From: Paraspadella gotoi
Lineage: Eukaryota; Animalia; Chaetognatha
NCBI GenBank assembly: GCA_051294375.1
Contig: JBJCIZ010000669.1
Location: 1 to 58,132, forward strand
Length of the DNA stretch: 58,132 nucleotides
Reading direction: 5' to 3'
A program made the translations under genes and the position numbers. The notes under the pieces were generated by a model that saw only the letters and a program-made list of their open reading frames with translations, ran no database searches and was not told the origin of the DNA. This document shows, in pieces, positions 38,681 to 50,209 of this stretch (the first letter of the stretch is position 1; the number at the start of each line of letters is the position of its first letter).

Positions 38681-39544
38681 TAAAAATATTTTTGAAATAT
38701 ATATGAAATTGGTACAACCAATATAAAAATTATCCATTCATTTAATAAATAAGCTATCTTGTCCCTGACTTTGGACAGGCTTTGGTGGTTTAAGGCCTCC
38801 ATCACACTTACAAGATAATAACATAGCAGTCTCATTTATTCACTCCCAGTGAACCTGGCTTCCCTATCAATGAAGTGGTTTAATATTTCAAATATATATA
38901 TTAAAAATATATATATATGTATTGGAATAATGCTTCTTCAATCTTCAAGGTGTACTTTAAAATTTTTTTAACCAATATACCATGTACACTGTACAATTTT
39001 TTTAATGATATTGTCAGATAATTAAATTAATCATGAAAGATTTCTGAATGCATAACAAAAGCGTCAAAAAGGTAAGAAATGCATAAAGTATTTGACAATT
39101 TAAGCATATTCCTTATAATATTCCTAACATTTTGTTTTACTTACCTAAAAAAATAATTAAATAGGTTTAATTTGGATAGAGATGAAAAGCTTAAAATCAG
39201 GTAAATTGAAAAATCTTTCTATGAAGATAAGACATACCAATATCATATTATATTTATTGTATATACATAAAAGTAAAAAGCAAGAAGAAACTGTTGCCAC
39301 GCTATTATTGTGTCCGAAATCGTTCAGACAGGGCAGGACATTAAGTTTTGTCTCGATATAGGGTCCCACCCCTGTAGATGAGAACGCCTTTAGTTATTTA
39401 CAACTTACCTGTTCCACGAAGTTAACAATGAGGAGAGTATCATGAGGTTAATCATCAACAATCCGAGATGAACGAAGCAAAATGTCATTTGTCTTTCAAA
39501 GGACCGCATCTTCTTTTTTTATCTCTTTTAATCGAATCTGCTTA

Positions 39545-40690
39545 TAAGCAGATTCTGACTCTATAATCCACTTTGTCGGTCCGTCGGTCCCCTCTCTAAA
39601 TCTAGTTGGGCACTCACTTAAATCATGTCAGAACATCGAATTATGATAAATTGTACCAAAAAAATGATGTCCGTCTGTCTGAAGGTCCGTCCCAACTTTT
39701 CATTAAACTCCAATTACTCGTGATTGGATGGATGGATGGATTAAAATGAAATTTTGTGTGTGAGTAAGAAAGTGTGTGACTGAGCAGGATATAAAGTTTC
39801 GATGGAATCGTGAAAGTGGAAATGAGAATGAAAAAAAGTCATATTTACTTAAAGCATTTTTACTTATCATCGCAGGAGAATCAGCCTAACCCAAGCGGAA
39901 TCGGATTCGACAATCAGCTTGCAGAAACTATGGAATTGTAAAAATAACTCTTGCCTTCGATCCTCTTCCTTAGATATAAATAGACCTAGCTTCCTTAGTC
40001 TCAGTAGAATTGATCTGGACTCCTGCGTGTGTCTCACTGTAATAATTAATAAATAAATCTCGTTTTGATTTCATCCAAAAACCCATGAGTTTTTCCTTAA
40101 ATGTGGTGGCAACGGTGGGATTCGAACCCACGCCTCCGAAGAGACTGGTGAGTTTTTCATTAAATGTTATATTTACTCATAATTATTATATTGATTAAAA
40201 ATTGGATAGATAAATTGAAATGAAATTTTCTTTTGTGGGTAGGAAAGTATGTGGTTAAACTGGATATAAATTTTTGATGGAATCGTCGGAGTGGAAAATA
40301 GTTTAAATTAGAAAACCAAAAGACACATTTATTAGAATTTTTTAAAGTTACTCTCTCTCTATCTCTCTCTGATTGAATGATTGATTGATTGATTGATTGA
40401 CTAAATTATGCCAGTTGACCAAATTATGAAAAATTACCAAATTATGCTTGTTGACTAAATTATGCGAGTTGGTATTGGCGCAGCTACTGGTAATAATTGA
40501 TAGATCAATTTATTTATAAATTTTTTCATATATTTATTAAGTCGGTTATGATTCGTTATATTATGATTTGTTATGATCTGTTAAGATCACAAATTGAAAG
40601 TCAGAAAATATTACCGTGATTTATCATCGGATTAGCTTATTACCGCTTAATTATCATAGGCAGATCCGACATTGCTTGCTCAAACTTGTT
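39545..40690 (+). mobile_element. Non-autonomous interspersed element resembling DINE-1/Helentron-associated (HINE) repeats; related pieces at 44410-44960, 50780-51235 and 56148-56560(-)
   Basis: Start 'agcagat..gactctataa..cactttgtcggtcc', internal GTCC/GTCT microsatellite, 3' end 'ggcagatccgacattg.ttgctcaaacttgtt'. The class assignment rests on resemblance only. Confidence 0.55.
40104..40150 (-). pseudogene. 3' fragment of tRNA-Leu (AAG/TAG type) including CCA, between 19-bp direct repeats
   Basis: Minus strand CACCAGTCTCTTCGGAGGCGTGGGTTCGAATCCCACCGTTGCCA-CCA; repeats tgagtttttc(c/a)ttaaatgt at 40086-40104 and 40149-40167. Confidence 0.85.
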
Positions 40691-40864
40691 CTGATATTTT
40701 TGGTTTATTTTTTTAATTATTATTCTCATTTAATTTGGCAGCAATGAGACAAAAAACGGCGACAAACTGAAAATAATGAACTTGATATTCCTCTCTCTCT
40801 CTCTCTTTCTTACTTGTATCGATCGCTGTTTTTTTCAGCCGGCCCACTGCCGAGTTTGTTTTAA

Positions 40865-41650
40865 TAGCGATTGTGATTAAAAAAATGTTTTTGTCTCTTT
40901 CATACAGAATTTTTAATTTCAGTAAATTTTTTATTTTATCAAAAGTAAGTAAATACGGCAGTCAGTTTACTAAAAATAAAAGAAGTTATAAAATTATTTT
41001 AATTGAGAAGGATACAACAGACCAGTAGCTATTAAAAGCATCATAAACAATCAATTAAGAATTATGTTTATTATGCTAAAAATAATTCAAAGTTATAATT
41101 TTTTTAATATATTTAATTTTATAAATTATTTATTTTCTATGTCAAAACATAATCCTAAAGAACTTACTATATATGTATAATTGTATATAAAGGCCTATAT
41201 TACGTAGGTAAGCCCCTAATAATTTGGCATAGTTATATTTTTTTTCAAATATAAATTATTTGAAAAAAATTACAATAATATTTAATAAAGAAAAATTAAT
41301 TACAAATAAACTATTAGACATGAAATAAAGGTTAAGGATTCAAACAAAAGGAAATTGTTTATAGATTATGTATGATGTATAATTTTTTTTCTATTTTAAA
41401 AATTTTTAACCATTTTTTAATTTTTTTAATTCTTGTGCACTCAGTGCCAATTAAATCAATGTAAAAAGGAACCGTGCAATTATTTAGAGGTCGCTGCTAG
41501 AAAGTTTTGTTTTTGTATCATTTCTTTCTTTTTGGTGTTTGATATTAGAAGAGAGAATCTTTTGATTTCAACAACAATAAGTTTTTAGCCAGATCTGCTT
41601 ACTAGAGCGTAGTGAAAGTTACATACGAAAATTCTAAAAGTTAATTATGA
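40865..41650 (+). repeat. ~800-bp AT-rich repeat; direct copy at 54055-54835, inverted copy at 52258-52975
   Basis: Shared landmarks such as 'gatacaacagaccagtagctattaaaagcatcat' and 'gcactcagtgccaattaaatcaatgtaaaa'. Confidence 0.85.
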
Positions 41651-41734
41651 GCAACATAACCTCAGTGAAGATTAATTTGTAAAAAAAATTAATTTTTGCA
41701 TTAGGCTATATTTATATATAGTACTATCATTTAT

Positions 41735-42145
41735 GTTTCTTTCTTTTCGTTGTGTTTGGAATTTTAAGGAAAAGCAGTTTTTGGTTCAAACAATGATTAT
41801 ATTGACAGTATTAGTCGGGACATGTTTCGACTCTGAGTTTAGTCTTCATCAGCGTTTTGAAAAAACAGGTTTTTCTCAATGACCCAATCTCATCGTCAAC
41901 GTCCCGCTTTTGCCCGGTCAGGGGGGCCAGCTTAATTTGAGCTCTTTCTTAATCTATATTTCACTAATCTCTAAACTTACCTATCCCTCACCACTTATTC
42001 TCCTTTTCATATTACACTCAGCTAAGTTATTGATCTTGTTGTCATTACTAGTACAATAATATTAAGTTTACCTAAATTCTTCACTATATCTTTGTTATAC
42101 ATTGCCGAAATGTAATCATTTTTTTTCTCTCTCTCTTTCTGTTTC
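41735..42145. mobile_element. PLE remnant: inverted pLTR with hammerhead (41817-41855, -) joined to a 3' UTR piece
   Basis: Minus strand CTGATGA-agact aaactc agagtc-GAAA-CATG-TC; plus strand ggggccagcttaatttgagctctttctt. Confidence 0.7.
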
Positions 42146-42423
42146 TCTCTCCTCCAATTAAAAAAACTATTTTTAATATATAAAAAGTTAATTTTCAGCT
42201 TAAGATATAGCTTTTTCTGATTTTTGACCCACTTAATGAAATAATTTTTCAAAAAGAGTTATATTTCTTTTCATCAACTTTTTATGACGAATCCAAATCT
42301 AAAAAAAAAAATCTTAGAAAAACTGTTTTGAAATTTTAACATTTATTAGATTAGTACTATGTATAAATATAGCCCAATGCGTAAATTAATAATTTTTAAT
42401 AACTCTCTCGTTTTCCCTTTTTT

Positions 42424-42714
42424 TTAACTTTCCCTCAACATTTCCTTTGCCGCTTTGACAATGCTCTCGGCGCCGATCCCGTATTCTCGAATCAGGGTCT
42501 CGGCTGGACCGGATCTCGGCAAATCGTTTACGGCGAGGCGTTTGAGCCGGATTCCGGCGTCCGCCTCGGCGAGGATTCCGGCAACGGTGTCCCCTATTCC
42601 GCCTTCCGGATAATGATCCTCTATCACGAGAACGCGGTAACCTACGGCGGCCGAATGTCGTAAGAGAAGCTCTGAGTCGAAAGGCTTAATCGTGAAGGGG
42701 TCCATGATTCTGAC
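42424..42714 (-). CDS. TKT: Transketolase, exon 6 (terminal)
   Basis: cctag|VRIMDPFTIKPFD...EDHYPEGGIG...PRSG...MLRES*; 97 codons. Confidence 0.93.
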   Translation of the reverse strand, partial: VRIMDPFTIKPFDSELLLRHSAAVGYRVLVIEDHYPEGGIGDTVAGILAEADAGIRLKRLAVNDLPRSGPAETLIREYGIGAESIVKAAKEMLRES

Positions 42715-44004
42715 CTAGGAGGGGATCAGAGAGAGGGAGGGAGAGAAGGAGAGATGTTGGACTCAAACTTTTGCGAAATGTCGGATTGGAAGTAACTCAT
42801 TTCGTTCGTGTTTAATTAATAAAACTTTACATATGATTATGATTAATTATCATCAATCATCATCTGTTATTTTTGTATTAAACCTTTTCTTTCTTATACA
42901 GATCACGTGATATGATTATTCATTAGCCAGTGTCGGGGTTTTCTTAATAGTTTATTTGTTTACCATTTATGTCTCCATTCTCCCGTCCATCCTCATGAGC
43001 TTAATCCATGATTTATGATGCCTTTGGCCGTCCTTACCTTTTGCTGCAGATTGAGCAATGCTCAATGAGCGCGGAGCATAAATACAATATATGATATATG
43101 ACCTCTTGTGTCCCCTTAATTTTTTGTATTTGATATAATACTATGCCCCAAGATAAAAAAAATGAAAAACTTTATATATTAATAGATAAAATAACTTTTT
43201 ACAAATGAAAACAGTTATATATTTTCTTATTTCACATATATTTGATTAAAACTATTCGATTATTCATTTTTCCTATTATTTGAATTCTTTTATATTTTTC
43301 CCCAAAAATAAAATTTTTTAATAATATTTAAACATTATTTAATACAATTTTTTTATATTTATATAGTTTAAAAGAGTTTTAAATACTTGGATTTAGCTAT
43401 ATTTTATATAAATTAATAATACTAACCATTTTTATTTTATTTTTAAATTTGCTATTTTTTCCAATTTTTTTGCATCTAATCGCATTATAAAATCGATAGA
43501 ACGGGAAAATTGGCCAAGCGAATTTTTAATTTTTTGATCTTAGGGAATAGTTTTACATGTGTTTCAAAAAATTAGGAGGGCACAAGATGTCTTTTATTAT
43601 TTTTTGTATTTATACTCCGCGCTATGAGCATGTTTACACAAGAACTTCATTTGAACTCCAATTAACCGCTGAACTTAACCTAACCGTGTCAAGCCGGATC
43701 GAGGTGAGCTCTCTACAATAAATTCCGCTCATCAGAGAGAGGGAGAGGAAAAAGAGTAAGAAGAAAAAGTGTGAAAGACCAACACCATAAATTTTCACAC
43801 TATAACAAATCTATCAATCAATCAAACACAAAGCAATTACAAAGCAATCACATAGCAAGATCAAATCAATAAGGGTTTAGAGAGAGGGACCGGTGGTAAG
43901 TCGCCTCAAAAGCATCAATTCAGTCTCAAAGGCAATCACAAATACAATTAATAAATACTATTCAGAAATACAATTCACAAATTCCAATTGCGCGAACGCC
44001 GTAC

Positions 44005-44205
44005 CCCAACGCCCTGGGCGGCCAAACTCGCTGCGGCGTCCATCGCCTCCTTGAGTGTGATTCCGCCAGCGACGAACAAAAGACGATCGTCGTCCCCACT
44101 CTCTCCTCTCCACTTGACGATCTTCCCTTTGCCAACGGCGAAGTCTTCATCTTCGCCGTAGATGATTTTAAGTTCGGGTCGCGTGAGACGAATGTAGCAG
44201 ACGCC
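44005..44205 (-). CDS. TKT: Transketolase, exon 5
   Basis: aag|GVCYIRLTRP...FAVGKGKIV...AGGITLKEAMDAA...QGVG|gtacgg; 67 codons; missing from the ORF track because this frame has no early start codon. Confidence 0.9.
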
Positions 44206-45729
44206 CTTCGTGAAAGTTGGAGGGAGGGAAGAGATTTGATTGATTTGATTGATTTGATTGATTTGATTGATTTGATTGATTTGATTGATTTGATTGATAA
44301 TGAAAATTAAAACGCATAGGATAAAGAAAGAGGATATTGTACGTCGTACTGAAAGGACTACATTAAAAGGAGTTAGCAGTCGACGTCGCTCTTAGAAATC
44401 TTAAAATATCAGCAGATCCAGACTCTATAATACACTTTGTCGGTCCATCGGTCCGCCCCCTAAATCTTGTCGGGCACTCACTTATATCATGTCAGAACAT
44501 CGAATTATGATAAATTATGCAAAAAAATTATGTTCGTCCATCCTTCTGTCCGTCTGTCCGTCCCACCTTAGTAAAAGACACCAATAACTCATGGTTGGAT
44601 GGATGGATTCGAATGAAATTTTGTGTGTGGTAGGGAAGTGTGTGATTGAGCTGGATATGAAGTTCGATGGAATCGTCCGAGTGAAAATGAGTTTAAACGG
44701 AAAAAAACCAAAAAATATATTTCACTATTTGAACACCAATTGCTCATGAGTGGATTGAGCGTTTGACCTGAAATTTTTTATGTGGGTAGGAAATCAAGTT
44801 TCGATGGAATCGTTTGAGTGGAAATGAGTTATGCTTTTTTCCTTTTTAAATTAAATGTAAATGCAAGATGTATTTATTAATCAAATAATTAATCAGTTAA
44901 TTAATCAATTGGTTAATTAATTAATCAATAATTAAATAATCAGTCAATCAATTAAGTCAATTGTCATCAGCATTATTCTCATCGTCATCATTGCTTTTGT
45001 CTAGAGTTTCGTTATACTAATATTTAAAACAAACACATAGTTAGTAAAAGAAAAATTGGTTTGAGCAAACTATCTTGAAATTACCCTTGATAATTGAGCT
45101 TATCAGCTAATCTTGCATACAAGTTTTTTTTTTTGCCTTAAGCATAATACAAATATAAAAAAGTCAAAGAAAGAAAAAGCACAATTTAATTCTAATTTTA
45201 TATTAAGTTTTCTTGTTTTCTCTTTCTCTCTTTCGCTTTCTATTTCTCTATTTCTCTTACTCATTATTTTTCTAGTTGGTAGTCTTTCATAAACCATGAC
45301 CATAATTATAAATAAAAAATATGAATAATAGTTTATTGATTGAATGGTTTATTGATTGAGCTATTGATCAAAAGATTTATTGATTAATAAATATTTTTTT
45401 CGTTTTATTAAAAGTATATTATCATTGAGGATATTTTTAGTTAGCCTTAATGTCTTTTTAAAGATTCCCTCCTTCTATTATTAATTCTTAAATTTAAATT
45501 TTTTTATTAATTTTTTTCATTCATTCGGTTTTATTTCATTTGCTTCTTTGTTCGTTCTAAAGAGGGAAAGAAAAAGAGAGAAAAAGAAGAATTATTGATT
45601 TTTTTAACAATAAAATAGAATAAAAAAGTTTTTCATTTAAGAATTTAATTTGTAAGAAAACGTATGTATTTGTATATATATCATATTTCAAAATATTATT
45701 TGATGTAAATGCATTGTGTTATGTAATCC

Positions 45730-45905
45730 TTTCTTTCGTTGTGATTAGAGATCAGAGACAGAGTTTGAAATAATTGGCAACAACAATTTATTTTCAAGAT
45801 GAAAACGTACGTTTCGGCTTTTTTACAAGCCTTCTTCAGCGTCAATTTAGTTTGTGAAATTATTAGAGAAATTTTGTGTAGAAGATGGGGAGAGAGAGAG
45901 AAATA
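45730..45905 (-). mobile_element. Solo PLE pseudo-LTR with a hammerhead-like motif (45803-45843) in a TKT intron
   Basis: Minus strand gacg-CTGAAGA-aggctt gtaaa aagcc-GAAA-CG-TA-cgtt; similar to 10340-10470. Confidence 0.65.
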
Positions 45906-46399
45906 CAAGGAGCTGAATTTTATGAAATAATATATTATATAATATAATATAATTATATTTCACTTATATTCAAAACTGCATACTAAGCCAATGGAGGTAG
46001 AGCGCGATCAAAATTCCTATCTTATCGAGCCCAAAATTGGTGTTTAATTAAATTAGTCAGGCCGTTTTTTCCCTTTTCCCAAAAAAACCTGCTGGTTCAT
46101 TAGTAAAAACAAATTCTTGCAATTTAATTGCTTGATAAAGCAATCTAATGAACTGCATTTTTAAGAGAAAATTGCATAGTCAAGCCTTCATATATTGACC
46201 GGCACGGAGAAAGAGGAGAGAGGAAGGGTTTAGAGAGAGAGACCGGTGGTAAGTCGCCTCAGTTTGTTCTAAGACCATTCTAGGAAACTGTATTGTTTTT
46301 ACGATCTGTTTCAGGTAGTAAGCGGGAAAAATCTAGTCTATTTATATTAAATCTCGTAATGCACGGTAAAGCCTTTTTTAAAAAAAGTCTGCCAAGTCT

Positions 46400-46645
46400 A
46401 ATGCAAGTTGAAAAAAGTATGCAAGCTGAAAAAAGTATGCAAGTTGAAAAAAGTATGCAAGTTGAAAAAAGTATGCAAGTTGAAAAAAGTATACAAGTTG
46501 AAAAAAAGTATGCAAGTTGAAAAAAGTATGCAAGTTGCAAAAAAATATGCAAGTTTTAAAAAAATATGCAAGTTGAAAAAAAGTCCCAAGTTTAAAAAAG
46601 TATGCAAGTAGAAAAAAGTATGCAAGTTGGAAAAAAGTATGCATA
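46400..46645. repeat. 18-19 bp minisatellite (atgcaagttgaaaaaagt) in TKT intron 4
   Basis: About 13 tandem units. Confidence 0.9.
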
Positions 46646-46733
46646 CTTTTTGAAAAATATGAACAGAAATAGGTCGCTTTCGTGAAATATTTCCACCTAA
46701 TCGCCGTCCCTCTTCACTCTCGATTTCTCTCAC

Positions 46734-47081
46734 CTTAGTATTGGCTGCTAATTCGACGGCCCGTTCCACAGCCACGGCATCAGACGGATAGAACACAGTC
46801 GACCCAGGAATGGACCGAAACAACGCCATGTCCTCCAGACCCATTTGGGACGGACCGTCCGGACCAATAGAGACGCCGACGTGGGAACCAACGAAATTGC
46901 AATCGCTGCTAGAAATAGCGGCCATGCGGATTTGATCAAAGGCTCGAGTCAGAAAAGCGGCGAAGGTTGAAACGAACGGAATGGCGCGATTCCGTGACGC
47001 TGCGCCAACGGCAACGCCAACCATGTTCTGTTCAGCAACGAAACATTCCACGAAGCGGTCGGGAAAGGACTTTTCGAATTC
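46734..47081 (-). CDS. TKT: Transketolase, exon 4
   Basis: tag|[22 protein letters not shown]...RAFDQIRM...[15 protein letters not shown]...AANTK|gtgaga; 116 codons. Confidence 0.95.
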
Positions 47082-47391
47082 CTAATGGGAGGGGAGGTAG
47101 AGACAGGTAGGGTCGAGGAAAGTTGACAGATTTTTTGGAAAACTAATCAAAAGATACTTCACATATATAATTATATATAAACAGAGTTGGGGTCAATGAA
47201 GTGTCAATTTGTGGTCGGTCAAAAGTTTCATATTGTAGATTTTGTAGATATTGTAGATTTAGGAATAGAAAAAAGTTTTGAATCCCTAATTAGTTTGATA
47301 TTTATTCGTTAAGAAAGGTGTTTTTATTAATAAATATTTTTTCATATTTCAATGATAAATCAAATATCTGAGAGAGAGAGAGAGACCATAC

Positions 47392-48075
47392 CTGCGAATA
47401 AGTCGAATTCTTCATATCACCGTCCAAAGCGATGACTCTCTCGTTCATCGCCCCGATTTTCTTCAAGGCCGTATGATATCCCACGCGGGGCTGCACTTTA
47501 GTTCCGATGGCATACTCGGGCGGAGTGCCGAGACGGCACGGTTTCGGCTCCGCCTCTAGCGACTCCAAAACGGCATCCGGCTGACGAGTGGGCGTCTTTT
47601 CCGGCAAAGCGTTCACGATGCTTCGCTGGAGTATCTCCAAAGCCTCTTCGGATTTCCCGACCAAAGATTTTCCGTGCCAATTGGGACGATCTGCAATTCC
47701 CACAATTCCTTGACCTTTGAAAGTCTTTGCTATGAGACAAGTTGGTTTATTCCCGACCCTCTTGGCTTCGGACAATGCTTGGATCAGTTCCTCGATGCTG
47801 TGACCATCGACAACGATTGCGTGCCATCCAAAGGCCTTGATTCGCGCCTCGTAAATGTCCATATCATGTTGCAATTGGGTCACACCGCTTTGACCTTGAC
47901 GGTTGACGTCGATGATTGCCACCAGATTACCCAGATGGTAGTGGGAGGCAAATGCCATTGCTTCCCAGATGGAACCTTCGCTGCTTTCACCGTCGCCAAT
48001 GAGACAATAGACTCTGTAGTCAGCCTTGTCGAGATTTTTGCCCACCCAAGCAATGCCCGCCGCTGCGGATAGACC
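47392..48075 (-). CDS. TKT: Transketolase, exon 3
   Basis: tag|GLSAAAGIA...GDGESSEG..N (TPP-binding motif)...WHGK...DGDMKNSTYSQ|gtatgg; 228 codons. Confidence 0.95.
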
Positions 48076-49188
48076 CTAGAGGGATGAGGAAAGAAGTTTA
48101 AGAGTGTCTCTATGTCTATTAGGCCGGAACAGGTTGAAAACTAGAAGTTCTCTCAAATAAATAATGGTAAAGTGACTGTTAGAGAATATGAAAATAAAAA
48201 TTATTTTAAAAAATTATTTCATTAATAAGCGCACGGAAGCCTTTAAAGATTATTTTATTACTATATAAAGTTAAAATTTTTTTTTGAATTTTTCAATTTT
48301 TTTTGATAGATTCTGATAGAGCTTTAAAAGTTAGATAAAGGTTATTAATACAAATTTTTTAATTTTTTTTGTTTTATTGATCAAAATTTTAAAAAACTAT
48401 AAAATTCAGCCAATGATGATGATGATGATGATTTTTTAACGTTTTTTTTGCTTTTAACCAATTTCTTGTCAAAATTGTAAAAAATTGTTGTACTAACTTT
48501 CATTTAACTTTTCAAGCTTTATAAGAATCCGTTCTTAAAAAATAAATTTTTTAAAAAAATTTTTTGTCATTTGTTATATATTAATAAATATTTAAAAGCT
48601 TCAGTGCAACAACCCAATGAACTAATTCAAAAAGTTGCATTGAAAATCGATTTAGTAATGGAAGGAAAAAAGAAATTTTTTTGAGAGAATTAGAAGTTAT
48701 AAAAAGTGTTCAATTTTGGCCCGCCTTAATGTCTATGTCTCTCTCTCTCTCTCTCTCTCTAATACATTCTCTCTCTCTTTTTGCACTTTCAAAGACCTGT
48801 TTTCGTTTATTGAACTGTTCCATTCGTACTTAAGTGTCTTTTCTTTACACGTTTTATTTTATAATCATTTCTATTAGATTCCTCCATAAATTTTTAAATT
48901 TGTCAGAACGTNNNNNNNNNNNNNNNNNNNNNNNNNNNNNNNNNNNNNNNNNNNNNNNNNNNNNNNNNNNNNNNNNNNNNNNNNNNNNNNNNNNNNNNNN
49001 NNNNNNNNNNNNNNNNNNNNNNNNNNNNNNNNNNNNNNNNNNNNNNNNNNNNNNNNNNNNNNNNNNNNNNNNNNNNNNNNNNNNNNNNNNNNNNNNNNNN
49101 NNNNNNNNNNNNNNNNNNNNNNNNNNNNNNNNNNNNNNNNNNNNNNNNNNNNNNNNNNNNNNNNNNNNNNNNNNNNNNNNNNNNNNNN

Positions 49189-49512
49189 CAACAGGGAAGC
49201 CTTTGTACAAGAGCGCCGCCTCGTCGATCAATCTTGTTACGTGCGACGACGAGCCTTCTTTCTCTAGCGACGACGATGAGCGCGTCGAAATCAACGCAGT
49301 AAATCAACGCCGTGAGCGACCTTTCTCTTCCACCAGATGGAACCGCGCCTCTGGCGCCACTCGAGCGCCAACTCAAAAACCAGAAGGCGCCGGTTCATCG
49401 AGGTTAAAGCAGATTTGCCAGTTCCACCTGAAGTTCGGAGACTCCGCCTACCGTTGTGAAAAGGGTTGCACACGTTATGGGGAAAAACGCGCCACAAAGC
49501 CGGGAAACGGCC
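49189..49512 (+). mobile_element. Ty3/gypsy gag C-terminal fragment between N gaps
   Basis: ICQFHLKFGDSAYRCEKGC (C..H..FG..A..C...C knuckle), ending PGN on a GGGAAAC heptamer. Confidence 0.7.
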
Positions 49513-49738
49513 NNNNNNNNNNATGAACGATTGGTGGAATTTAGTCCACCATACAAGTATATAAAAGGAACTCTTTATAATGTATTAAACAGGTAAACAC
49601 TATATTTTACTTTGCATTGGCATTAAAATACAATGTCATAAAATACAATAGATAAATAAATAAATAAAATTCAAAATACAATGTCAAAATACAAATAATA
49701 ACTCACTCACTCTCTCTCTTTCCCCCCAATTTCCTAAC

Positions 49739-49942
49739 CTGTCCCAATGATCCAGTAGCGAAGTCCACAAAGGGTAGCCTTCCAGTTGGATGTCCTTCCA
49801 GATCAGATTCGAATTTCCTCAGAGCCATTAACTCGTCGCGGGTGTAGAGGCCGGCCTCGACCCATGCGGCATACAGAGCCGGGGCAGCATGGCCCTTGGA
49901 GAGCACGAAGCGATCCGAGGCGGGGTCCCGAGGTTCGGAAAC
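49739..49942 (-). CDS. TKT: Transketolase, exon 2
   Basis: tag|[21 protein letters not shown]...LEGHP...ATGSLGQ|gttagg; 68 codons. Confidence 0.95.
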
Positions 49943-50209
49943 CTACGGGGTTTTTTTTTTCAAAAAATTCAGTAAAAATATTTGTCTTTTTTTTACCGGA
50001 GAGTGAAGAGAAGGAGAAAGAAACAGAAATAAGGATAGAGAGACAGACAGACAGACAAGCACGGAAGCAGACGGAAAGAAAATGTCCTTGTCGGCTGATC
50101 CATGCAGGAAGGGACAGACTAACAGATAGACAGTCATATAGACTGACAGACCGACAGGCCAAAAATAAAATGGCGGACAGATCAATATATAGAATTAGGT
50201 GGCTGTGGT

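Noticed and set aside
40104-40150. Functional tRNA-Leu gene
   Set aside because: The 5' half, A box and anticodon are absent.
46280-46644. Repetitive ORFs (CILFST / MQVEKS)
   Set aside because: Translations of an 18-bp intronic minisatellite.
48834-49526. ORFs spanning the long N run
   Set aside because: They are open only because of Ns; only the gag fragment after the gap is meaningful.
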